This document shows positions 13,580-29,100 of a DNA stretch of 64,000 nucleotides, one piece after another. The DNA is from Trichoplax adhaerens (lineage: Eukaryota > Animalia > Placozoa), in the NCBI RefSeq assembly GCF_000150275.1, contig NW_002060948.1, positions 5,440,336-5,504,335 of the forward strand, read 5' to 3'. A model generated the notes under the pieces. It saw only the letters and a program-made list of their open reading frames with translations. It made no database searches and was not told the DNA's origin. Every line of letters begins with the position of its first letter. The stretch's first letter is position 1. The position numbers were made by a program, and so were the translations under genes.

Positions 13580-14375
13580 ACCATAGTGGTAGTCAAAAAC
13601 TACAGTACTGTTGTTGGAGTTTTTTTCTCTCCTGAGTGATTACAGTACTGTATACTGTATCGCACAGTTTAAAGTACTGTAAGAGCGCTTGTTCAGCATT
13701 CGCCACGATCGTGGGTAAAGTCTAGTACTACCATAGAGGAAGACATACTGTACTGTTACCATAGAGGCAGACATACAGTACAGTACGGTACTTTACTGTT
13801 ACCATAGAGGAAGTCATACAGTACTGTGTACTGTACTATTGTTCCAGCTTTTCTCTCTCCTGAGTGATTACGCTACAGTACAGTATACTGTCTTCTACAG
13901 TACAAAGTACTGTTGACAGGGTCAAAAGTACTGTAAGAGCGCTTGTTCCAGCATTCGCCACGATCGTGGGTGAAGTCTAGTACCACTGTACGGTACTGTA
14001 CCATAGAGGCAGTCATACTGTACTGTACTGTTACCTGTCTGCACTGTTGTTGTTCGAGCTTTTCTCTCTCCTGAGTGATTACACTACAGTACAGTATACT
14101 GCATTTTACAGTGTACGATACTGTAGACCAGGGTCAAAAGTACTGTAAGAGCGCTTGTTCCAGCTTTCGCCACGATCGTGGGTAAAGTCTAGAACTACCT
14201 GTACTGTTACCATAGAGGAGTCATACTGTACTGTACAGTACAGTAGTGTTGTTCCAGCTTTTCTCTCTCCTGAGTCATTACAGTACTGTACACTACAGTA
14301 CAGTGTACTGTATTACACAGTGTAAAGTACTGGAAGAGCGCTTGTTCAGCATTCGCCACGATCGTGGCTAAAGTC
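13580..14375. repeat. Four-unit tandem array (periods about 255, 212 and 186 bp) of conserved blocks separated by variable TACAG/TACTG spacers
   Basis: Block AAGAGCGCTTGTTC(C)AGCWTTCGCCACGATCGTGG, with the palindrome starting at 13703, 13958, 14170 and 14356. Block TTCTCTCCTGAGTSATTAC near 13625, 13853, 14064 and 14263. Block ACCATAGAGG at 13730, 13758, 13801, 14000 and 14209. Confidence 0.92.
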
Positions 14376-14582
14376 GCATCAATTATTATCAGTGACGAGA
14401 GACGACGCACAGGCGAAGTGACGTTTCAAAAAATCGACACTACTGTACAAGTACTGCAGTCAGCCAGTCAATCGCTAACGTCTTGTTCCTTCAACACTGA
14501 TCTACCAGTCCCTCTAGAACTGTCTACTGTGTTGGCACCATTTTCTTTTTGAAGATCGTGTAAGAAAGATAGAGCAATTAAA

Positions 14583-18057
<3,475 letters not shown>

Positions 18058-19204
18058 AAAGATTAGTCAACGAATAGAGTATACTAGTCAATAACAGTAA
18101 ACCTAAAACCGACTTTTAATATAATAGCTCTGGCAGCCTTGTACTATAATTCGTTTGTAAACCAGGTGAACATTATAATTCTTTGCTAATTCTTCATGGT
18201 TCATAATTTCGATATGTGCGTTGTTTAGTGGTCTTCGCATATTCTTTCATTTCTTATTCAATAAAGTATAACGGCACTTTATTTCATAACTTGTATGCAA
18301 TCTGTTGCTACATTGTACAGACTATCTGTTTATGCTTTACATGAATTTCTTTTGATGTACATTAGTCTCTATCTTAGCAATTACCTAAGCAAATCGGACT
18401 ATACTCCTCCTCCCTTCAAATTTTGTCTGAATGATATTTTCGTTGCCAGTTTATGGCACTACACAAGACTATACCATACAGGAAATACGAAAAAGTTTTT
18501 GGACATTTTAGTTCATGATGTTACCCTAGCAACGTAACGTTAATATACCCAGTTTAAATTTGACAGCCTAATAATTAATTCTTACGGTACGAGGGAACTG
18601 AGTTAGCGATAAGATATTCCACCAATACGCCTCCGTATCTTATTCCAAACGGAGGTTTTGAGAGATGTAGTGCTTCTACAGCATAAAAACTCCTTTTTGT
18701 ACGATCGCAATTTTAACGTCAGGTTACTTTTTCTACAGTGTAATAGCGTACAGAGCATGATAACGAATTAAACTGATATCCAAAGATTAAAATGTTTAAT
18801 TTAAACTTTCTTATCTTTTCGTCTATTTTATGTTATTCATTTGTACGCGTACAAAGATAAACAGCTCTACTTTGCAAATTATTACCACCATTTTTAAATC
18901 TTTTTATTTTTCTCCAATACAGCTTTCAATGGCATCTTCGTACCACTATAGTAAGATATGCGAATATCATATCGAACAAAAACATTCCATAATTTAACTT
19001 TCATAACATGAACTGGGATGATGATAAATAATTATTACAAGAGGTCGATAACAGTGCTCTAGATATAGGAAAGTTAAAAAATTTAGCATAGTTGTCAGTA
19101 CATAGATAATACTTAAATAAATAAACTAAATGAAACCGTTGTTGAATATATTCGTATGTAATCTTTTAACCAGTACTTCAATTTGATTCGACGATACAGT
19201 ACCG

Positions 19205-20293
19205 CTATGAATCATCATAAGGCAAGTTATTGTGACCAGTTACATTCTTAGTAGATTCCTTCTTGATATGATACCTCATTAATCCAGCGTTGTAGGCAAA
19301 TACAACGAGCATAAGAAAGTAAGTTGAAAAGATCGTTGGCACAGTTAGATTGGTGGTGTCTATTCGCTCTATAGCATCAGATATCAATGCATCAAGTTGG
19401 AACTTGATCAAAATTAAAGTAAACACATATATCCAATGCCGACTGTGACCAAGTTTATCAAAAGTACCAGGCCAATAGTATTCCGGAAATTTCAAAATGT
19501 ACGCTAAGACAATGATACAAAAGAAAACCAATTGCCAAGTAAATAAGGGTAGTGACAACCAATTGCAATCAATGGGTAAGCAAGAAGTAAATCTTAATAT
19601 AAGGAAAACATGACTGATTGTTGCCATCCAAAAATAAGTTGACAAGTGAATTGCTCTCAACCAAGTTGCATTGATATTACGTTGGTAATGACTAAGATTT
19701 AATATGGTAGTGGATAACATTGCCAAAAGAGCAGTTGTGTAAAGATATAGTTGCATGTAAGGGAAAATAGCAGGTCTCGAAAAGTGATACAGAGCTATTG
19801 ATAAGCCTACGTAGAATATTGTTGTTGACGATCGATATAGAAACATAACTCTACCTCTCGCTGGTTCAGAAGTTGCTGATAGCAAATGAGAGAGTAACAG
19901 AGCAATAAAATAACATAAAGCACCACATGCATAACACATCAAGGGATAAGCTCTTCCATCATACCAAAAAGCAACATTGTGTAGATGTTTCACTAGCCTT
20001 ACAGTTAAATAGATGCAATTGATGAAGCACAGCCATACGTTGATACAGTCATTGTTGAATGACAAAGTGCTCAAGATACATTCTATCACTGTTAAGTCGC
20101 TTTCTCGATAGCCGTAAATGATATAGGATCGTTGGTAAGGAGCGGTTACTTCGCTGCGATTGTAAGTATTTCTCCATCGATATTTTTGATAATCTCTCCG
20201 ACAATGGGCTAGGCAGCTGGCTACTTTTGCATACCAATCACGTAGACAATTGCGTAACTTGTCTTTCAGGGTCATAATATGGTATAATGGCAT
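19205..20293 (-). CDS. Intronless PAQR-family (membrane progestin/adiponectin receptor-like) 7TM protein, 362 aa
   Basis: YIIYGYR, NNDCINVW and FPEYYWPGTFDKLGHS match PAQR/HlyIII signature positions, and there are multiple hydrophobic segments. Confidence 0.85.
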   Translation of the reverse strand: MPLYHIMTLKDKLRNCLRDWYAKVASCLAHCRRDYQKYRWRNTYNRSEVTAPYQRSYIIYGYRESDLTVIECILSTLSFNNDCINVWLCFINCIYLTVRLVKHLHNVAFWYDGRAYPLMCYACGALCYFIALLLSHLLSATSEPARGRVMFLYRSSTTIFYVGLSIALYHFSRPAIFPYMQLYLYTTALLAMLSTTILNLSHYQRNINATWLRAIHLSTYFWMATISHVFLILRFTSCLPIDCNWLSLPLFTWQLVFFCIIVLAYILKFPEYYWPGTFDKLGHSRHWIYVFTLILIKFQLDALISDAIERIDTTNLTVPTIFSTYFLMLVVFAYNAGLMRYHIKKESTKNVTGHNNLPYDDS

Positions 20294-23200
20294 TGATTTC
20301 GAAAAGGAAGATAAAAAACTGTTGATAAAATAAAGAAATTAAATTGCTGACGAAACACTTTCAATCAATATCGGAATTTTTTCAGAGTGAATGATTAAAA
20401 TACTTAATCCATGAGCACCATGTTGAAGGTTCAATCAGGAGTCCACAAATGAATTCAGCCTTGATTAATCATGATTGTTTGTTGATCAACCACTCGAGTG
20501 ATCACCTTAACATTCATTGGCAGTTCGCTTTAGTCATTACTACAAATAATAGCTAACTTGTCTACGCTGAGCAAAGTAGTAGCCAGTTGAGAAAGATATT
20601 CTTTTGGCGCCTTAGACGATTGTTGGCTTCCTTGATCGTCGTATTAAACTGGAAATCAATTTAAAGTCGATTTTACGTCGTCAATCTCGTCAATTTATAG
20701 CTTCATTACGTTCGGGAGAAAGGTGTTATTTATCATCCAGAGTAATCTGCTGTACTTTCCTGTAGTTCTGCGCTATTGTATTACTTGATTGATGCTTGTG
20801 GTTATTCTTCTACTATTTATTAATTCAGTAAAAGCAGTTATTAATGATGATCATCCAGCAAGGAAAGGATTATGTAGGATAGCGTACGCGGGCACCCCTT
20901 CGTATAATAATACTGACTCAAAAATTGGCGAGGCATGGACGGTTGTGACGGACTATACTGTACTGTACTGTAGAAAAGTTGCATTTAGCACTGTCGAGAT
21001 TTTCAACTTCTGACTAATTTTATGGGAAAAATTTCCAATATCGAGAGAAATAAGAACCCAATTGGCATTCCTGAGTTAGTAGCCTACATATAAATATAGT
21101 ATTGATCTAGTTTGGGCCTGATTTAACTTACACAATTCTATTTTTTCACGGTGCTATGGAAAATAATCAGACTGTACTATATACTACAGTACAGCAGTCG
21201 CTTTCTTTTCTTGCCTTTCCTACCCTTGAACTATACTGTACTGTACGCTGTGTTTATTTTGTTTTCAGATTGCCAAAATCCTTTCTCGAGGTACTTTAAA
21301 TGATGAAAAATGCCTATCAATTGCATACCAATTACCTACGGGTACATAAGAATATTTAACTTAATGTAGTTTGTTTAATTATGAACAAGATTCTGAAAGC
21401 AAAATATACACAGCTGTACATAGTATCACTACGTACATTGCAGATACACGATTGTGCGTACTGTATCGACTGGACATACTATCTTGCTAAAACTCGTCAA
21501 AGGTAATCTTAATCATGGACTACTAAACAAAATTTTCAACTGGTCTACACTAGATGACTATTAGCACTGTATGATGTGGGCCAGCGTTCGTTATTTACTA
21601 TCGATTTTGATGACAGGATACAGAACATTGTTATTGGATACATACGGTGTATTGGCAATCACATCGTTTAAATAAATTATTTTATTAAATGTTGGTTACT
21701 TTTACAGCAAACATACAAATTATAAATTTATATTAAGTTCTTCAATTTCAGCAACTTTGCAGGTTGATATTTTGACAAGCAAGCATTCACTCGATATGTT
21801 TCACGTTAGTGTTGTACTGATCAAGAGGATAGAAACTACTACCGACTGTCCTACAATCGGTGCAGACTAACGAGAGGGACAATAAATAAATAAATAAAAT
21901 GCTTCACAGTCAGCACTCTGTAGTCGGACTTAGCATTGACGAATGTGATGATTTGGACTGCCAAAGAGTCTTATGAGACTACAGCAATCATGGACTTTTC
22001 CCTTCAAAGTGTCTGCTACAGGAAGTATAGTACTAAGAAAGAGAAGGAGGAGAAGTGGCCGTTCAGCGCAAATAATGTAGAGGCTATCATTTTTTTGGTC
22101 ATTCTACTATATGCTATCAACGAAATCGCCTGTCATACTGCACAAAACCAATTTAGCACCTCAGGTGGATGTCAATCATGGACATTACAGTACTGCAAAC
22201 ATTAATAATCTCCTCTTTCTACAGGAAAGAGCCTCCACGACGTAATATCTGCCAATCCTAGTCGACGCTTGCAGGTTGTAGGCATTAAACCTGCCAACGC
22301 TTGTACCAGTGATTGATCGAATTATAGTATTACGTATTCTAACGGAGAGGGGTACCAAATGCTGACATCATGCTTCCCTAACGATGATCCAAAATACAAT
22401 TCTTTACTTAATACCATCTGGCTCAAGTCGTTAACAAATGCACTATTTTCAACTTATTAACTGAGTTGTCCTTGCCAGATTACTGTAAGTCGTAGATTCG
22501 TATCTACGCGTATTAGCTAGAAGTACTATGAAGTTATCTAGCGCAATCGAGAACTGTATGTGGGTCAAAGTTGTCAGTACAGTAGATGATCGAATACACC
22601 AATTTCTATCTCTTTAAGTAGGGTTATACCATCTTGCTAAAGGTTACTTCGACTAACAAATCATGGCACTTCGATAGAGTAGCTACAGTATGCTGTAAAT
22701 ACCGTACCATTAAGTAATCCAGCACAAATCGAGTCCTATAGGTGGTTCAATATTGTCACTACATAACAAAATATACCCATTTCTGCCACATAAATAGGAT
22801 TGCACTATTTTATTTAACCTTAATTCCATTTGAAAATCATGGCACTTCAATGAATCTCTACGAAAACAGCTAAAGCAATAGTAGTTTTCAAAATATCTTT
22901 GCTGATCAATAGACGGTCTGGAAGAAATCTAGAATAATGGCATGTTTTTCTCAGAAACATATGTAACATATTTAATCATCTTGAATAGGCATCTTCGTAC
23001 TCTCTCGGAAAGAAATTCCGGTAGAATTAGCATATACCTTTATTGTGATCAGTCCTTAATGATCTTGAAGAGGCTAAGACACTTTTGTTACTGAAATCTT
23101 GCACAATTACTAAATATTTATGTCATTTTTATTTGTATATGCTACAGACAGGTATTGTCTACGTGTATTATAGTAGCACGAACAAAAAATACCTACCTCT

Positions 23201-25107
23201 ACGGATGTTCAGATGTTTTTAATTAATGTTTAATCATTAGACCACCTCTATAATCAGTCTTAGTACAGGTGCCATGCCAATCGCAAAAAAACATTATTCA
23301 TACATTTACCGCAAGGTAACTGCACATTAAAGCCAAGCTTCTGGTTGTAAGAAACTGTACTGTAAGTATCTAAAATAATATCAAATTTTCACTTCCACCG
23401 TCTACCCTATACCATGAACTATTAGAAATACTATAATTTCTAGTAGCCCATATTCAAACCTTTGCCTATACAAAACTGGATACCGCAATTGTTCATGATT
23501 GATAATGATACTGTCTCAAACATCGTATATTCATCGTTCATAACTGAAATCGAAAGCAAAATAATCATTTCAGATCCTATATCGACTATGATAAAGTTAG
23601 GTACTAGACAACGTGTAGGCAATGGCCATTATATAATCAACCAGACTATTTCTATAGTATAATATTGTAATTACAAGACATGCTACCGGCAATAGTTTCA
23701 TAGTACCCTGTAAAATCATATAAGGCCATAGTCCATCTACGCGTATATTAATAATAAATACTGTATATCCCATATAAAAGAATACTATTTATTAATGGAT
23801 ATGTACTTTGGATATTTGATATGCTACCGGTTATGGTATCACAGTACTCGATACTGTAAAATTGTGTAAAGTCGTAGTCCATTCACATTAATCTACCGCA
23901 TATTAGGGGATGTCATTTATTTTTTAGTGTGTTCATATATATATATATATATACTTTAGATATATTGATGCGTTATAATGGCTATCTTTCCACGTGGAAT
24001 TACATTTTATGGAATTACGCTTCTATCCAACGTGGTATAGAGTATATTTATAGGTGACAAAATGTAATCTACGACACTTATTTCCGCTAGCCGTGTTAGA
24101 TAAATCAATGACTAACAATTAATAAGCAAATTTACGAACTATAATTTAATTTAATGTCAATCATTGTCAATTGACATTGAAGCTATCAATAGTATTTTAT
24201 TATTTGCTTTAAGATCAAGAAAATACGTACGGTATTTTAAATTAAGAGCATTATAAAGCAATATCATACTCAGTTGTATAAACCAAACGTTGCTGTTCGT
24301 GAATGATTTATTAATTTTCGACCAATCTAATCGTGAAAATAAATGGCGTGATGTCAAATTGCCTGTACTTTATTTGACAGAGGTTATACCGTACTATGGA
24401 GAAGTAAGATTAAGAACATAATTTCGAAAGAAAGATACACTTTCTAAAATGATATGAAATACTATGAATAGTAGTTAGTAAAATGATTCACAGTAATATT
24501 AGCCAGTATCCTAGTTTCAACAGTTACTGGCATAAAACAGTTTTAAAAATTTTACCATGCCCTACAAGATTTTACTTTAATAATGAATGCATAATAACGA
24601 TCATTCATTATAAAGTATAGCCTCATAGATTAATAAAGGATACGAAGTATATTAAATAGAAAATTTTAGGAATAGAGTAAAACATCAAGCAATATATCGG
24701 TAGAATCTATCAGCAGAGGATAAATCGCTATGTAAAAATGGATATTTAAGAGTATGATCGCCATTTTTATATTTTCGATATCTGCAGTTATTTGAAGTAA
24801 TCGGTCAACTCAATTAATTATTTTTCCGATTTCTTGGACCGTAGCAGAATACAATAAGGAATAACAGCATAATTAGGAAAAGAGTATTTAAGAGTAAATG
24901 CAAAATTACAGATACCCAATAATATAGATATAATGATTAACCACGGCTAGCAAGGTAACTGAAATAACATAACTTGAAAAAAAAATTGATTTTACACTTT
25001 CAATCAATATTCTGATTTAGATATATTAAATTCAATTAAATAAGATCTTTATTTACTTTCTCTATATGGCACAAATAGAATAGTCCTACAGCCCAAGATT
25101 GGCATAC

Positions 25108-26115
25108 TTAAACTGTAGTACTCCAGAGGGACCAAGTACGTGCTGCGACTGGAGCGGTAGAATGAAAGGAAGTTTCTTGCCAACTATTGTGATTATGATT
25201 AAGGAATTTACTTTTAAAAATACAAATAACTTCAACCATTTCTATACGTAAACTCTGAGTATTGAATAAGTAGACCAGTGGATTAACGGTGGCATAAATA
25301 AAGATTAGCAAAATTGAAATACCGTAAACATAGTAAAATACATCTTCATTAAGCCAACCATTAATAAAACTTGAAATGATATAAGGCGACCAACAAAAGG
25401 AAAAGATACCAATAATCATTAAAATATGAGTTATAGCTCTTGTTTTCCTTTTCGCTCGCAATATTAACGGTCTATTAGAAACTAGCGCTGAAATGGATCG
25501 TTTACGTGACCAAATTACGATTAGTATACGAACATAAAAAATAATAGTTACACCCAATGGTATGAAAAAGAGGAGTGCAGAAAATGATTTTAACAGCAAT
25601 TGACTACCAGTATCGAGCTGAAAATTGACATCACAGGCTGTCATATTTCCTGGTGGCACAACTGACATAGTAACGATAGCTGGTGCAGCCAGTGAAGCAA
25701 TCCAAATTAATAAAATAGACAGAGATTTTTTAACTGGGGTTAAAGGTGAGTGTAATGGATAAATAACATGACAGTAACGATCGTAACTAATTAAACTTAT
25801 ATGATAATTAATATTAATCGACATAGATTGAGCTAATAATGGTAATATAATGCAGAAGGGGAAAAATGTTTGGATTTGAGGGAAACCAAATGTTGGTATA
25901 ACATAGAGTCCACCGAAGAGAGCACCGGCGAAAAATTTACTACACAAGATTAGATTGGATGAATTATGTAGCCTTTTACGCGCACAAATTAGCATCATAA
26001 CCGCTACATTAGTCATAACAGCGAGACAGCCAATGGACACTGCAGTAATTTCATACGCAACTGAGTCAATAAAGTTGTCAGGATCACTCATTGGATTATC
26101 ATTTGAAGAGGACAT
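25108..26115 (-). CDS. Intronless class A (rhodopsin-like) GPCR, 335 aa
   Basis: TM1 TNVAV, SYDRY, CWSPY and NPLVY motifs, with seven hydrophobic helices. Confidence 0.92.
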   Translation of the reverse strand: MSSSNDNPMSDPDNFIDSVAYEITAVSIGCLAVMTNVAVMMLICARKRLHNSSNLILCSKFFAGALFGGLYVIPTFGFPQIQTFFPFCIILPLLAQSMSININYHISLISYDRYCHVIYPLHSPLTPVKKSLSILLIWIASLAAPAIVTMSVVPPGNMTACDVNFQLDTGSQLLLKSFSALLFFIPLGVTIIFYVRILIVIWSRKRSISALVSNRPLILRAKRKTRAITHILMIIGIFSFCWSPYIISSFINGWLNEDVFYYVYGISILLIFIYATVNPLVYLFNTQSLRIEMVEVICIFKSKFLNHNHNSWQETSFHSTAPVAARTWSLWSTTV

Positions 26116-29100
26116 TTTTTTCTTGAGTTAGCTAGCGTCTAGCGATATAAAGACCTTTCCTGTTTGATTTGCAATTCTTCTTGAAGACTGATATTTCAAG
26201 TTTTATCAATAATGACTTAAATAGTCGTATTAATATTTTGCTTTTGTTTCAAGTTGTGGCGATAGTAATATTAAGAAAACAACTCTTTATGTTACAGAAT
26301 GATGCTATTCACAGTGATGACATCCATTACTTTCCGCAATACTTTGAATATTCTCATGCCAATTGGGGCTATCAATGACTTATTTGTTTGAAGAGAGATA
26401 TTGCAAATCTAAATATCAAAATACAAAAGTATGAATGAGAATACTGTATCTCTTTAAACTTGGAATTAGGTTATGTAGTATTCAATTAATTTCAATATCG
26501 TCAAAATTGTGAATGGATTCATATTTGGCAATTCTACAAATCCTAGATTACTAAATTAAGGTACTGATATTGAAATAGCAATTTTTTATTATTTTCTAGT
26601 TAGAATGAAATGGATACACTAGCTAGCGTAATTTTTCTTAACTCACCTAGGATAACAATAAATTTACACTAGAGTAACGTGTTTAAATGATCTAATTATT
26701 GTAATGGATACTTAACTTAAAGGCATGAGAACAAGTAAAGAACCATGTCAGAAAATAACAGTAATTCCTTTTCTAATGTGCTATTGACTATATTTTTAGC
26801 ATACCACTAATAGTTACAAAATTGGTAATACGAATAATTCAGTTGGATTAATCATTACTCGTAGATATACCGTGAGATTTCTTTCTTAATTACGATACTC
26901 CACAAAATTTTATCATTACAAAAAATATTGGCGATATAACTGCATAAAAAATAAATACATAGAATGCATTATTTTGTAGCATTCAGTACCAGAAAGTGTC
27001 TGAAAATTTTTTTTCTGCATCTTAATACTTCTATTAGGTTGTGAATCTACTTAGCCGTAAATCGTCAAATGATTAGGATAAACTAAGCGAAAATAATATT
27101 CAAGAATAAGAATAGTACCTTAGAAGCGAGTTGTGAAGAAGCCAAATAGTGGAAGGTTTATAAACTTTTCTAATCCAAAGTTGTAATAGTTATATTATAG
27201 CTACCGCAATTACTGAAAAGAAACAATCAAAACTGATATAGAAACGTTATTCAAAATTTTCCTTTTAAGACAAAATAAGGGACTATATTTCGATCTAACG
27301 ATTAGTTGATAATTACCTCGGTATTACAGTCTTTGATGCAATAGGTTACGGTCCAATTCTATTAGTTAGTTATCGGTAATCTGAGCAATGGGAAGATCAG
27401 AAAGAGAAAGTTATTAAACGTCTAAATCGATTACTTTTATCTACAACTCTATGACAGTAATGAGTTTTACAACAGGCACAAGTATATATCCAATCAGATG
27501 ACAATAATTAGTGAAATAAAAATTAGTGATACCCAATGCTTTAAGTAATTTAGGGTGAAATTAGATCGAATTAAATGCAACTAGATTGCCAATGCTTACG
27601 CTCTATCATCATTAGTTTTAAATTATTTAAATGCTATCTGCCAATTAATAAAATTGAAATTAGTTCTAGATATTGTATGTCAATATATCTTCTTAATTAA
27701 TCCAATTGAAAGAGGTTACTATGAGTTAATGATCGCTTTATGTCATGTTGGACTCAATTTTTACTGCAGAAAAACAATTATGAAACATGTAGTTCAATAA
27801 TATTAAAAATTTTGAGAAGAACCTGTAATGTCCTGCAAATCTATGGAGTGAAGAGAATACGTAACAGATATAAAATAAATGCTAAAACGATAGATGCCAG
27901 CAAATTGAAATAGATGTAGAATAATAAAACAACCTTTCTAAATCAATCTTGCGACCTCAATCAATATATTTAATGGCTATACTAGTAAATATTTTAAATT
28001 ATCAACTAATGGTGTCAAAAAGAAAAATGAAAAAAATTTTTTTTAATTATTAACTTATTTGATATCTAAAACAAATCAGACTGGGTCACCTTAATTTCTA
28101 TGCCCTGAGGCTACTACTGGCAAAATAGCTACCTTACTTACATGTAATATACGAGTAGATTGCTGTAGATTAATAAAATGCTACTATTTTGATTATAGTA
28201 ATATCAGCGTAGTTGATCCATTACCGATTAAGATTATTAAAAATTTGATGGAACTAAATTGAAGCAATTTCATTTTTTTATAGGTTATTTTATTAATTAA
28301 CAGTTCATTTTAATACGCAATAAGTCTTTACCGATCATACTAACCATGGACCATCAAGCATTAAATCAGTGTGTGTATTTTTGTAACAGAAAGAGATCAA
28401 AAATAAATTGCTACTGCTGCGTCGCCAGCTTTCGACATCAATCAATAAATAATGAATTAAGTCAGATTTACCTCTCATACTTGTATATTCTCAATCAATA
28501 ATTCGATCAATGATTTAATGATATAGAATGAAAATCATTGGATACTAAATGCGATGTTGACTCGGCTCAATCAGTAAATATTTTTTAGTCAATAGCTATG
28601 GATCAATTGAAATAAAGGGCCAACTTGCGTGAAGACAAATAATATCGATGAATTGCTTGGAAATTGAGATATTGACGTAAAGGATGCGAGCATGAACATT
28701 CAATCGGTTAAATCAATGAAATAGCACCAAACCACTATGTAATACTTTTTTACCCACTCCTCTTCCTCTATTCTTTTTTCCGCTATTTTAAATTATCTAT
28801 GATCTCTTAATCAATGGAAAGAATGAAATTTTTATTGCCTATTAACTCCTTTATTCATAGTTTTATTGAACTTTGGTATTGCCAATTTATCGATCAGAGA
28901 TGCTATTTGTATCGTTACAGAGCGTAAACGTATCGAAAGTAATTGACTTATAAACCGACATTGATGGCAAAGGCATAAATAAAGAAGGAGGAGCTAGCGT
29001 TTATTATAGTCTAGCAAAGTATTCAAATTTTAAAAAATGAAAGTCTCGCCCTTCCACCTTATTCCTCTAGACATTCAAGATAGTGTAACAGTATATTGTT

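Larger units (their letters stand above)
12691..14582. promoter_or_regulatory. Bidirectional promoter/5' UTR region shared by PEX14 and PSMC2
   Basis: The start codons at 12690 (-) and 14583 (+) are head-to-head. The interval is locally CpG-richer and packed with TACAG/TACTG motifs. Confidence 0.7.

Noticed and set aside
13800-13980. Resemblance to U3 snoRNA (GAGGAAG, TTCTCCTGAG, GATCGT)
   Set aside because: No box C TGATGA, no terminal box D or box A, and microsatellite interrupts the blocks. Likely coincidental; a cmscan would settle it.
13580-14375. CRISPR-like repeat/spacer array
   Set aside because: Eukaryotic context, no cas genes, and the spacers are low-complexity variants of each other with irregular 186-255 bp periods.
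12620-14552. Short ORFs rich in TVQY/YCTV/VRYG
   Set aside because: These are translations of pentamer repeats or antisense to PEX14, with no protein-like features.
22619-22626. Telomere-like TAGGGTTA (also TTAGGGTT near 43863)
   Set aside because: Isolated octamers without surrounding structure, as expected by chance.
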